From assembly GCA_963744145.1 (NCBI GenBank), contig CAVUSO010000001.1, positions 768,001 through 832,000 on the forward strand: a stretch of 64,000 nt of DNA, read 5' to 3'. Source of the stretch: an uncultured cyanobacterium. Lineage in GTDB: Bacteria > Cyanobacteriota > Cyanobacteriia > Cyanobacteriales > CAWUOF01. The translations under genes were made by a program, and so were the position numbers. Shown one piece after another: positions 54,982-64,000 of the stretch (its first letter is position 1; each line of letters opens with the position of its first letter). The notes under the pieces were generated by a model that saw only the letters and a program-made list of their open reading frames with translations, was not told where the DNA came from and did no database searches.

Positions 54982-55961
54982 TATTTTTTCTTTCCACCTC
55001 CAAATAGACCGCCAAAAAAACCACCTCCACCAGATTTATCTGGGGGTTTTTGACCTGGTTTTGGTGGTGGTGCAGCTTTTCCTCCTCCCGATTGGGCTTT
55101 TGGTGGTGCTGCGGGTTTCCCACCCGTTGTGCCCGATCCTGGTTCTAATTTTTTCTTTGCTTCTAAAGCAATTGGTTCTTGTGGATTCAATTGCAATGCT
55201 TTGTTAATATGACTTTTAGCCGCTGTTGGTTGATTTTGCTTTATGTAAATCATCCCCATCAAGCCATGGGCTCGACTACTATTAGGATCTAACTTCAGCG
55301 CTGACTGTAATTCACTTTTAGCCCGAGCTAAATCATTCAGCTTAATCAAGTCTTCCGCTCGACGACAGTAACTATCAATCATCCCTTGCTGTGCTACAGA
55401 CCGATTCGGAGTAGAACCTCCCGTTGTCGATGGGGAAGCTTGAGCAGGAGATGCTGGGTTTGCTGCTGGACGAATACCTTTGCTTTCTTTGCGTAGTAAA
55501 TACACTAGATTTAGCTCACTAATCTGACCGATTAAGTTCAACACTTGATTGAGTGATTCATACTGATTTTGAGCTAAGTGGTTTAAAGCTGTATGGTAAG
55601 CGTTATCTAAGTCTCCGGCTTTGGCTAGTTGTTTAGCTGCTTCGGTGAGCAGTTCAATTTTATTTGGTTCTTGAATCAGACGCTGACCGGTTCTTTTTAA
55701 CAGTACACCATATTCAGCTTTTTCCCGTTCATGGGATAATTTTGAATAAGCGGGACTGACTAATTTAGAAAATAGCTGAGTGGCCATTTTTTTTTCAATC
55801 TCGTTGTTTGCACCGCAGCTATCTGGATGAAGACGACGGGCTAGATATAAGCGATATCGTTTACTTATTTCCTCGATTGATGCGTCAATTGGTACTCCCA
55901 AAACTGCATGGTAGTCAGTGAAATCAAATTTGAATAGCCCTTGTTTAATTTGAAAAGACAT
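54981..55961 (-). CDS. DnaJ-domain + TPR protein
   Basis: J-domain 'LHPD' and C-terminal TPRs. Confidence 0.88.
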   Translation of the reverse strand: MSFQIKQGLFKFDFTDYHAVLGVPIDASIEEISKRYRLYLARRLHPDSCGANNEIEKKMATQLFSKLVSPAYSKLSHEREKAEYGVLLKRTGQRLIQEPNKIELLTEAAKQLAKAGDLDNAYHTALNHLAQNQYESLNQVLNLIGQISELNLVYLLRKESKGIRPAANPASPAQASPSTTGGSTPNRSVAQQGMIDSYCRRAEDLIKLNDLARAKSELQSALKLDPNSSRAHGLMGMIYIKQNQPTAAKSHINKALQLNPQEPIALEAKKKLEPGSGTTGGKPAAPPKAQSGGGKAAPPPKPGQKPPDKSGGGGFFGGLFGGGKKK

Positions 55962-56069
55962 ACTGCGCTTTCCAACTCCGTTGCCGATTATATATTTTTA
56001 TTGTACTTCGCTCTCTCCGAGCGATTGGTATGATATTTGTGCTACTACATGGCTAAGATTTGCTAGTTT

Positions 56070-56894
56070 TCACTTTTCGCTGCCAGAAGATTTACTAGCA
56101 AGAAGTTCAGCTGATAAAGCTGTATGTAAATGACCATTAGTGGCCAAAACTCGACCAGATTTAATTTCCACTGGACTACCATCGTAAGCAGTTACTTTGC
56201 CCCCAGATTCTGCCACGATTAAAATACCTGCGGCTATATCCCAAGGGGATAATCCTCTTTCCCAGTATCCATCTAATCTACCACAAGCAACATAAGCTAA
56301 GTCCAGAGCTGCTGAACCACTCCGACGCACTCCTTGGGTTAAATGGGTGAGGTGACAAAATTCCGCATAATTATTGTCGGAGGTTTCGCGCCGATCGTAG
56401 GCAAATCCAGTTACTAGCAAACTTTTACTCAATTGGTTGGTTGATGACACTGTAATTGGACGACGGTTACGAGTAGCACCATTACCTTTGACTGCTCGAA
56501 ATAGTTCGTTCCGAAAAGGATCAAAAATTACTCCCACTTGCGGAATTCCCTCCATCAGAAGTCCAATTGAAGTAGCTGCAATGGGATATTGATGTGCATA
56601 GTTAGTCGTCCCATCTAACGGGTCGATCGCCCAAAGATATTTGCTATCGAGAACTCCCAGTTGACCTGATTCTTCGGCTAGGATGCCATGATCGGGAAGA
56701 TGACGTTGCAATATTTCTAAAATAGCTTTTTCTGCGGCTTGATCTGCTTCTGTAACTAAATCTCCAGGATGGGTTTTTTCTTGAATATCTTCTAGTTCTC
56801 CTAGTTTAGCTTGCAAAATCGCACCAGCCGCTAGTGCTGCTTCGGTGGCAATATCTAAAAAGTTTAAAAGTTGCTGGGGATGATTCAGGTTCAT
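56070..56894 (-). CDS. suhB: Inositol monophosphatase family protein
   Basis: 'WAIDPLDGTTNYAH', 'WDIAAG'. Confidence 0.9.
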   Translation of the reverse strand: MNLNHPQQLLNFLDIATEAALAAGAILQAKLGELEDIQEKTHPGDLVTEADQAAEKAILEILQRHLPDHGILAEESGQLGVLDSKYLWAIDPLDGTTNYAHQYPIAATSIGLLMEGIPQVGVIFDPFRNELFRAVKGNGATRNRRPITVSSTNQLSKSLLVTGFAYDRRETSDNNYAEFCHLTHLTQGVRRSGSAALDLAYVACGRLDGYWERGLSPWDIAAGILIVAESGGKVTAYDGSPVEIKSGRVLATNGHLHTALSAELLASKSSGSEK

Positions 56895-56939
56895 GGTTTG
56901 GCTCAATAAGTTCTCAATGAGGATTTTTTCCACCTATGC

Positions 56940-57446
56940 TTAAGACCGATTTTGAGCGCGAAACTCACTCGGAGTCAGACGCATCGGATTTTTTGAGTCC
57001 CAGATTCCTAGTCCTAGTAGTCTAGCTTGTTCTTGAGCGCGAGCCAGACGTTCATTATATTTATTGTTAGGCGATCGCGGTACGGCTAAAGCATATCCTT
57101 GGGCAACTAATTTTTCATTGACTAAATCCCGATCGCACCATACATAAGCCATCTTTCTCCCATAGTTGTCTTCTGGTTCTCGGTCTAACTCTAATAATAC
57201 GGGTTGTTCCTTGAGTATTTCTGTTAAATATTGTTTGGCTGCTTGTCCCCAAGGTTGTTGACGCAAGTCTGGTGCTTCAATTCCAATCAAACGCACTTTG
57301 ACCAGAGGTTGACCTGCGATTTCTAAGGTTTGACCACTAATTACTCGCTCTACCTTGACTGTTAATTCTGGGGATGGAGATTGAGTTTGACAACTGATCA
57401 ACAAGGGAAGACAGCTAATTAACAGATGGAGCGGATTGACAAATTT
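56940..57446 (-). CDS. Thermonuclease family lipoprotein (start approximate)
   Basis: Lipobox 'LISC', 'VRLIGIEAP', 'DNYGR', 'GLGIW'. Confidence 0.85.
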   Translation of the reverse strand, partial: KFVNPLHLLISCLPLLISCQTQSPSPELTVKVERVISGQTLEIAGQPLVKVRLIGIEAPDLRQQPWGQAAKQYLTEILKEQPVLLELDREPEDNYGRKMAYVWCDRDLVNEKLVAQGYALAVPRSPNNKYNERLARAQEQARLLGLGIWDSKNPMRLTPSEFRAQNRS

Positions 57447-57447
57447 T

Positions 57448-57816
57448 TTAATCTTCGTCCAGAGGTAGTCCAACTTGAACCTTTCCTTTACCAAAGTAGC
57501 GACCAAACTGGAGTTCGTAGACTTCATCTTCGTCTTGGGTTTCTACTTCCAAGTCCGAGCGGGGATAGCTGACACATAATAAAGCATATCCTTGGGCACG
57601 TAAACCAGGAGAAAGTCCCATTGCTTCCGGTTGATGTACTTCCCCAGCAATAATTCGCACAGCACAACTGGTACAAGCACCATTTCGACAAGAAAAGGGG
57701 AGAATAAAACCTTGACTTTCTGCCCAATGCAGAATATAGCGATCTTCTGGTGCTGTAAAAGTATAGCGATCGCCTTTTTGACGATCATGAATGGTTACAT
57801 TATAGGAACGGGTCAT
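57448..57816 (-). CDS. 2Fe-2S ferredoxin
   Basis: 'PFSCRNGACTSC', 'ALLCV'. Confidence 0.93.
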   Translation of the reverse strand: MTRSYNVTIHDRQKGDRYTFTAPEDRYILHWAESQGFILPFSCRNGACTSCAVRIIAGEVHQPEAMGLSPGLRAQGYALLCVSYPRSDLEVETQDEDEVYELQFGRYFGKGKVQVGLPLDED

Positions 57817-57965
57817 TTATTTGGTGCCTGGAAGCAAATTTCAGCAATATATCTCAAGCTAAGACTAAGACAAATTAGACCTGATTGATCTATTGTTATT
57901 TATTGATTTTAGTGTCCCACTTTGAGAGTCTGTCCCTTTTTTATCTAAAAATTTTTTCTATCCTC

Positions 57966-57995
57966 TTGACATACTTATTCAGGTTCTGCTAATAT
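57966..57995 (+). promoter_or_regulatory. tRNA promoter
   Basis: TTGACA-18 nt-TAATAT. Confidence 0.6.
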
Positions 57996-58030
57996 TGTTT
58001 TCCTGTGGATAATTAAATAAGTTAGTTTTT

Positions 58031-58117
58031 GGAGAGGTGGCCGAGTGGTTTAAGGCGCAGCACTGGAAATGCTGTGATGGGGTAACTTATCCGAGGGTTC
58101 AAATCCCTCCTTCTCCG
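58031..58117 (+). tRNA. tRNA-Ser(GGA)
   Basis: GGAGAGG/CTTCTCC acceptor stem, loop CTGGAAA, long variable arm. Confidence 0.96.
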
Positions 58118-58151
58118 TATTTTTTTACTAAAATAGCATTGAGTTCAGGAT

Positions 58152-58931
58152 TTAAGTTCTGAGTTCGTTTTTCCATGCAATTACTCGAATGCGTCGATAG
58201 TCGGCGCTCCATTTGCCATGATCATATAAAATTGGTCGTAGCTGCTGTTCAACTGCTTTAATCACCTCAGCTTTTTCAGTCTGATCTAGTCTTGATAGCA
58301 AAGAATTAGTAAACATTTCTAACCAATTTGCTAGTCCTAAATCTCCATCTGCTAAAGGTGTTGGACGTTCAAATAAAACTGCATATTTAACATCAAAACC
58401 TTGCTGTTCTAACAGGGTAGTATATTCACCAATACTGGGAAAATACCAAGGGTTGATTTCTGTTAGGTCTAGATGATTTTTAGTTTCTAAAACCTGGAAA
58501 AGAGCAGTAGCGATCGCTTGAATATTTCCTTTTCCACCAAATTCTGCGACAAATCTACCTCCTGGTTTTAGCGATCGCCAAATACAATTAATTACTGACT
58601 TTGCTTCGAGAATCCAGTGTAATGCTGCATTGGAAAAAACCGCATCAAATAATTGTCCAAGTTGAAAATTTTTACCATCAGCAACTACAAATTCAATTTG
58701 AGGATAGTTAGCTTTAGCTGTACTAATCATGGTGGAACTATGATCAATTCCCATTACTTCTGCACCAGTTTGGGAGATTTGAGCAGTTAATTGTCCTGTC
58801 CCACAACCGAGGTCAAGAATTTTTTCTCCTGGTTGGGGATTAAGTAAGGAAATTAAATCTTCTCCATATTGCCAAACAAATGCGTGTTTAGCTTCATAAA
58901 GATCAGAATTCCAGATATTTTCAGATGACAT
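58152..58931 (-). CDS. Class I SAM-dependent methyltransferase
   Basis: 'ILDLGCGTG', 'FSNAALHW'. Confidence 0.92.
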   Translation of the reverse strand: MSSENIWNSDLYEAKHAFVWQYGEDLISLLNPQPGEKILDLGCGTGQLTAQISQTGAEVMGIDHSSTMISTAKANYPQIEFVVADGKNFQLGQLFDAVFSNAALHWILEAKSVINCIWRSLKPGGRFVAEFGGKGNIQAIATALFQVLETKNHLDLTEINPWYFPSIGEYTTLLEQQGFDVKYAVLFERPTPLADGDLGLANWLEMFTNSLLSRLDQTEKAEVIKAVEQQLRPILYDHGKWSADYRRIRVIAWKNELRT

Positions 58932-58945
58932 AATTTCCTGAGTGA

Positions 58946-59323
58946 TTAATTTTGATGGAACTGAGAATACTTGATTTTTGTTCGTAGGGTTTTGATGTAG
59001 TTAGATGTTACTGTCACTATGTCATTCAGCTCGGTCATTAAATTATCCAGCTTCTGCGCTGGGATTAATTCCGATTCGATCAATAATTCTAACCAATATA
59101 GACATCGATCTCCTTCTTGTTCTACTAAACTTAATTTCGTGATCATATCGGGATAGGATTTACAGCGACAAGCAGCACGGTAATAAGCACCCATAAAACT
59201 AGATGTGCGGAGTAATTCTTTACTAATTAATTCTGTTTCTGCGCTTAATGGTAATGCTCGGACTAATCGCATTACTCGTAAAGCAACATTTTTAGTGCGG
59301 TGTTTAAATTCTAGTTCATTCAT
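58946..59323 (-). CDS. Four helix bundle protein
   Basis: 'LLRTSS..GAYYRAACR..S', 'YWLELL'. Confidence 0.85.
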   Translation of the reverse strand: MNELEFKHRTKNVALRVMRLVRALPLSAETELISKELLRTSSFMGAYYRAACRCKSYPDMITKLSLVEQEGDRCLYWLELLIESELIPAQKLDNLMTELNDIVTVTSNYIKTLRTKIKYSQFHQN

Positions 59324-59353
59324 AGGTAAATGTCTAAATTTAAGTCTTTTTCT

Positions 59354-61177
59354 TTAAGGTGAATAAGTAATGCTAAAATAAAAAGCTTTATCTTGAGCAT
59401 TATTACCGCGATCTTTAATACTAATGAAAGGAATTCCATAATCCATCCGGACATTAACATGAGAGACCGGTTCCCAAATTAATCCTAACCCACCTCCAAC
59501 TAAAAATTTGGTTTTGGGTATAGTATTAGGATTTCCCGGTTCATTCCAAACCTCACCCGCGTCCACAAAAGGAGCAAACTGCAAAACCGGAAGTCCCGAT
59601 TCATTCCGATCCATAGTAATTCGATCTTCTAAAGAAACTCGAAATCCATTGTCACCGGAACGAATATTTTGACGATATCCACGTAAAGATTGACCACCAC
59701 CAATGACAAATTGTTGGGAAGGTAATAGACTATCTGGAGTTAGTTGTAAATCAGCAGAAAGAATGACTAACTGATCATCACTCAAACGCTGTAAACGCTG
59801 AATTTGTCCTAACCAACTAAAAAAACGTCCATCCGGAATTGGGTGTTTATTAATGGTCGGATCAAATAAATCTACTCCTACACTAAATTGCGATCGCAAA
59901 GACCAAGCACCGGATAAATCTCTAGAAACATAATCCTGTCCAAATTTAAAGGTGCTGGTACGACTCACACCATTTTTATCTGGTCCTTGACCAAAAGGTG
60001 TGGGTCCAGAAAAAGTAAAAGTTTGTCCATCTTGATAGCTATAACCTAGAGAAAGAGCAAATTCTTTCCGAGGAGAGCGTAAGAAAGGTTGTCGATAACT
60101 AATTTCATAAAGTTGTGATTCTCCATGAATATTTAAGCTGGAAAAAGATGGTTCAGTAATATGGTTCCAATTGGGTGCTGCTCGTAATTGAATTGTACCA
60201 TTCATAGCATTAATGGGTAACCGATAGGTAAAATCTAAAACATCTGCACCACTATTAGTTGTGTGATTATAATCAGCAACAATTTGATCTCCTAATCCAG
60301 TTACATTATTATATCCTAACAATAAACCTAATCTTTCTGAACCGACACTTGGAGGGGAATAATTATCAGCACTAACGCTCCGAAAAAAGCGTTCATTTTC
60401 GGTAACACGGACAACCAGAATACTTTGACCAATAGCTTTACCTGCTTTCAAACTAGCTTCGACGTTTTTTAACAATGGATCAGCACGTAGTAACCTTAAC
60501 TGATCTTCTAAAGCTGCGGTATTCAGGGGTACTCCTGCTCCTAATAAGATCCGACTACTGATATAATTTTTCTTTAAATGTTCTGTTCCTTGCACCACAA
60601 CTTCAGAGAGGACACCTTCAATTACTCGGATTTGTGCTACCCCATTCGTAATAGTTTGATCAGCAACTATTGCTCTTGATGTAATATAGCCTTTATCTAA
60701 ATATAATTGGGTGATGTTATCAGCAGCTTTCCGTAATTCATCGATCGTAATATTCTGTCCTTCTAAAGGTTTAATAATCGGATTCAATTGCTGATCCCCA
60801 AAGATCGTACTACCAATGACTTCAATTTTTTTGATTGGGAACTTTTGACCAACTGGTATTGGTGCGGTCGTTGGTGCGGTCGTTGGTGCGGTCGTTGGTG
60901 GGGTTGTTGTAAGTGGTTTTTCCTTTGGACTAGATTCGGTTGGAGATGTAGGTTGTTGCAAAAAGCGATCGCGGTTAGGATCGGGTTGAAGTTGAGGAGG
61001 AGGTGCGGGAATATTCTCTCCTAGTTCTAAACCATTTTGGTGATTAACGGTCTGAATTGGATCAGAATTAACAATCTCAGAACTAGCACTAGCATCACTT
61101 AAGGTATTGAATATTAGAACTATGCTAGAAATTGACACTCCACACCAAAAAAATCCCAGATTGTTAGTCCAGTACAT
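59354..61177 (-). CDS. ShlB/FhaC/HecB (TpsB) outer-membrane transporter
   Basis: POTRA 'YLDKGYITS', 'GGGQSLRGY', beta-barrel C-terminus. Confidence 0.9.
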   Translation of the reverse strand: MYWTNNLGFFWCGVSISSIVLIFNTLSDASASSEIVNSDPIQTVNHQNGLELGENIPAPPPQLQPDPNRDRFLQQPTSPTESSPKEKPLTTTPPTTAPTTAPTTAPIPVGQKFPIKKIEVIGSTIFGDQQLNPIIKPLEGQNITIDELRKAADNITQLYLDKGYITSRAIVADQTITNGVAQIRVIEGVLSEVVVQGTEHLKKNYISSRILLGAGVPLNTAALEDQLRLLRADPLLKNVEASLKAGKAIGQSILVVRVTENERFFRSVSADNYSPPSVGSERLGLLLGYNNVTGLGDQIVADYNHTTNSGADVLDFTYRLPINAMNGTIQLRAAPNWNHITEPSFSSLNIHGESQLYEISYRQPFLRSPRKEFALSLGYSYQDGQTFTFSGPTPFGQGPDKNGVSRTSTFKFGQDYVSRDLSGAWSLRSQFSVGVDLFDPTINKHPIPDGRFFSWLGQIQRLQRLSDDQLVILSADLQLTPDSLLPSQQFVIGGGQSLRGYRQNIRSGDNGFRVSLEDRITMDRNESGLPVLQFAPFVDAGEVWNEPGNPNTIPKTKFLVGGGLGLIWEPVSHVNVRMDYGIPFISIKDRGNNAQDKAFYFSITYSP

Positions 61178-61286
61178 TAGATTTTGACTTCCCGTGATGA
61201 AAGTTATTTTGAGGAAAACTGTAAGGATATAGGTTTGACATTGATATATTATGATCGATTTTAACTCGAAGATTTGGATTAGCCTG

Positions 61287-61898
61287 ATGATGAATCTTAC
61301 AGCTATAATCCTGGCTGGAGGTAAAAGTTCCCGGATGGGTCAAGATAAAGCGATGCTGATGATTGCTGGTTCTACTCTGTTAGAAAGAGTTTGTCAAGTT
61401 GCCCAAAAATGCACTCCCTTAGTCTATATCGTGACACCTTGGTCTGACAGATATCAACAACTTGGATCAGCAAGATATCGGTTGATTCAAGAATTACCTT
61501 TACCAGGAAAAACTACCTATGATGGACCACTATTAGGTTTTGTCCAGGGATTGGTACAGGTAGAGACTGAGTGGGTATTATTACTAGCTTGTGATTTACC
61601 TTGTCTAAAAGTTCAGGTTTTACAGGAAGGAATTGAGCAATTAGTTCATGTTAATCAGAATGCGATCGCGTTTTTACCCCGTGATCAGCAAAGATGGGAA
61701 CCACTCTGTGGATTTTATCGTCGTAGTTGTTTAGCAACCTTAACTAATTTTATTCAGCAGGGTGGAAGATCCTTTCAGCATTGGTTAGGGGAAAATCTAG
61801 TTGAGGAATTTCTGATTAGCGATCGCCAAATTCTGTTTAATTGTAATACACCTACTGATTTTAATTTACTGAAACCTGAAGATTTCCTTGATTTTTAG
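61287..61898 (+). CDS. mobA: Molybdenum cofactor guanylyltransferase
   Basis: 'ILAGGKSSRMGQDKA', 'LACDLP', 'NCNTP'. Confidence 0.92.
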   Translation: MMNLTAIILAGGKSSRMGQDKAMLMIAGSTLLERVCQVAQKCTPLVYIVTPWSDRYQQLGSARYRLIQELPLPGKTTYDGPLLGFVQGLVQVETEWVLLLACDLPCLKVQVLQEGIEQLVHVNQNAIAFLPRDQQRWEPLCGFYRRSCLATLTNFIQQGGRSFQHWLGENLVEEFLISDRQILFNCNTPTDFNLLKPEDFLDF

Positions 61899-62097
61899 TG
61901 TGGTTTCCCTGTTCGCGATCGCTGCTAATATATCTTTAGTTAGGATTTATTCACCCTAGCTTTGGAGATATCTGAACCTTAACCTAAATTATCCTTGACA
62001 CTTGTTTGTAAATATGATAGGGTAAATATTATATTGTGTAAAATCAAAAATTTCCAAATAATTTATGATGATAATGTCCTGAAGTTAAAAAACAATT

Positions 62098-63108
62098 ATG
62101 GCCAATATATTAGTGACTGGAGTTGCTGGTTTTATCGGGTTTCATTTTTGCCAACATCTATTAGAAAGTGGTGAAGTAGTTAAGGGAATTGATAATCTTA
62201 ATAGTTATTATGATGTCAATTTAAAACAAGCTCGTTTAGAGCAATTAAAAAAATATAAAAATTTCCAATTTCAGCAGTTAAATCTCAGCGATCGACCAGG
62301 AATGACAGAATTATTTGCTCAGGTGGAACCAGAAAAGGTAGTTCATTTAGCAGCACAAGCAGGGGTGCGTTATTCTTTAGAAAATCCATCAGTTTATATA
62401 GATAGTAATTTAGTTGGATTTGGCAATATTTTAGAGGGATGTCGTCATACAAAAGTTAAACATCTAGTTTTTGCGTCTTCTAGTTCGGTTTATGGTGCAA
62501 ATACAAAAATGCCTTTTTCAGTCCATGATAATGTGGATCATCCCTTAAGTTTATATGCAGCTACAAAAAAATCGAATGAATTAATGGCTCATTGTTATAG
62601 TCATTTGTATCAAATACCAATCACAGGATTAAGATTTTTTACGGTTTATGGACCTTGGGGACGTCCGGATATGGCTTTATTTTTATTTACTAAATCGATT
62701 CTAGAAGGAAAACCAATAAATGTGTTTAACCATGGAAAAATGCAACGTGATTTTACCTATGTTGATGATATAGTTAAAGGAATGTTACTGGTCTTGAAGC
62801 GGATACCTCAACCTAACTTAAATTGGTCTGCGGATCTACCAGATCCCGGTACGAGTTTTGCTCCTTATAATATTTATAATATTGGTCATAACCATCCAGT
62901 TGAGTTAAGCAAATTTATTGAAGTTTTGGAAGATGCGATCGGAATCAAAGCACAAAAGAATTTTTTACCACTCCAACCGGGAGATGTCCTTGCAACCTAT
63001 GCAAATACAGAAGATTTAGAAAAAGCAGTAGGATTTAAACCGAGCATTTCCATTGAAGAAGGTATCCCTAATTTTGTGAATTGGTATCGTAGTTATTATC
63101 AAGTTTAA
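62098..63108 (+). CDS. NAD-dependent epimerase (UDP-glucuronate 4-epimerase-like)
   Basis: 'TGVAGFIG', '[11 protein letters not shown]', 'YAATKK', '[10 protein letters not shown]'. Confidence 0.93.
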   Translation: MANILVTGVAGFIGFHFCQHLLESGEVVKGIDNLNSYYDVNLKQARLEQLKKYKNFQFQQLNLSDRPGMTELFAQVEPEKVVHLAAQAGVRYSLENPSVYIDSNLVGFGNILEGCRHTKVKHLVFASSSSVYGANTKMPFSVHDNVDHPLSLYAATKKSNELMAHCYSHLYQIPITGLRFFTVYGPWGRPDMALFLFTKSILEGKPINVFNHGKMQRDFTYVDDIVKGMLLVLKRIPQPNLNWSADLPDPGTSFAPYNIYNIGHNHPVELSKFIEVLEDAIGIKAQKNFLPLQPGDVLATYANTEDLEKAVGFKPSISIEEGIPNFVNWYRSYYQV

Positions 63109-63153
63109 GGGGGATTAGCGATCGCGAATTTTTTGGAAAAAACAGCAGCTAAA

Positions 63154-64000
63154 TTAGCATGGTACTAATTTACCACCTTTAAGCAATTTTAATTTCTGTC
63201 CACGCCATTGGACTGTATTACCAATAAAGCCATAAACCCAAATAAAAAAGCTGACTAAATCACGTAGCGGTACTAACCAAATAAATTTTTTGGCGATCGG
63301 ATCACGAAATTGATTAACTGCAACTATCCAAACCATTAATAATCTTAAACTCCAGGTAATCCCGAAAACTGTCCAACCTAACCAAGAACCATTAGACACC
63401 AGTAAAAATAATAAGCTGGTACTTACTCCATTGGTAAAAATTAATCCCACATAACCCCAAGGTCTAGCATAGCGCATACAACGATACCAACGGATTTGAT
63501 GAGCAATCAGATCCAATAAATTGGGAGTATCGAGAAAATGTTCAACTAGATAGTCAGATAAAACTACTTGATAACCAGCTTGGGCTGGAAGATAACCCAG
63601 TTTATAATCATCTTGTAAATAATCGGCGATCGCGGCAAAACCACCAATTTCTTCTAATACTGATCTTTTGATGGCAATTCCTGCTCCAAAAGCAAATGTG
63701 ATACCTTCTAAATATCGAGCTACTAACACACTAGGTTGGAAATCACAGGAAATTCCCAGAGCTTCAAAAGTAGCTACCCACCCTTGAGTTAGGGAATTAT
63801 ACATACAGGTTACTACCCCCACTTGTGGATCTGCTAGGGGTTGCACAACTCGGCTCAAATAATCAGTCCCAACTTTGACATCACTATCAGAAATCAACAA
63901 AATTGAATACTTAGCTTTTTCTAAACCGTTGGCTAAATTACTGACTTTGAGATTAGTACCTATTACCCGGTCATTAATGACAAAATCAATGTCAATATTA
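63154..64000 (-). CDS. hpnI: HpnI-like glycosyltransferase, 5' end outside window
   Basis: 'ISDSDV', 'L.DDY.LG', 'HQIRW', 'VQWRG'; the frame continues upstream ('GTNLKVSNL'). Confidence 0.8.
   Translation of the reverse strand, partial: NIDIDFVINDRVIGTNLKVSNLANGLEKAKYSILLISDSDVKVGTDYLSRVVQPLADPQVGVVTCMYNSLTQGWVATFEALGISCDFQPSVLVARYLEGITFAFGAGIAIKRSVLEEIGGFAAIADYLQDDYKLGYLPAQAGYQVVLSDYLVEHFLDTPNLLDLIAHQIRWYRCMRYARPWGYVGLIFTNGVSTSLLFLLVSNGSWLGWTVFGITWSLRLLMVWIVAVNQFRDPIAKKFIWLVPLRDLVSFFIWVYGFIGNTVQWRGQKLKLLKGGKLVPC

Noticed and set aside
58946..59323. 23S rRNA intervening-sequence element
   Set aside because: The gene is free-standing and the 23S is of normal length (~2.88 kb).

Overview
Cyanobacterial chromosomal window, judged from the very dense HIP1 octamer GCGATCGC and the cyanobacterial-type rRNA operon. 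There are four zones. (1) 1-11.6 kb is an accessory/defence-like patch: a DUF4435 protein, an orphan cas6, Uma2 nucleases, xisI, an AAA ATPase, a 794-aa glycine-zipper protein and a NERD protein, partly arranged as a tandem duplication with reciprocal deletions. (2) 11.6-25 kb holds a two-component system, an MdtABC-like RND efflux locus, a hydrolase, a HAD phosphatase and a catalase remnant. (3) 25.4-33.4 kb is a full rrn operon followed by an IS1634-family element inserted in a REP-containing MITE. (4) 33.4-48.9 kb is a heavily rearranged island: a PLD-SNF2 helicase coupled to an amplified mosaic Uma2 array, a caspase-NTPase-TPR protein, a candidate toxin-immunity pair and many gene stubs. 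Ordinary core genes follow (mreBCD, hisZ, ferredoxins, tRNA-Ser, mobA, hpnI). The most striking structures are a five-deep self-nested 24-nt element (44119-44238), a three-tier hierarchy of mobile DNA, and the segment-shuffled Uma2 array. Family calls come from motif recognition by eye; no searches were run.
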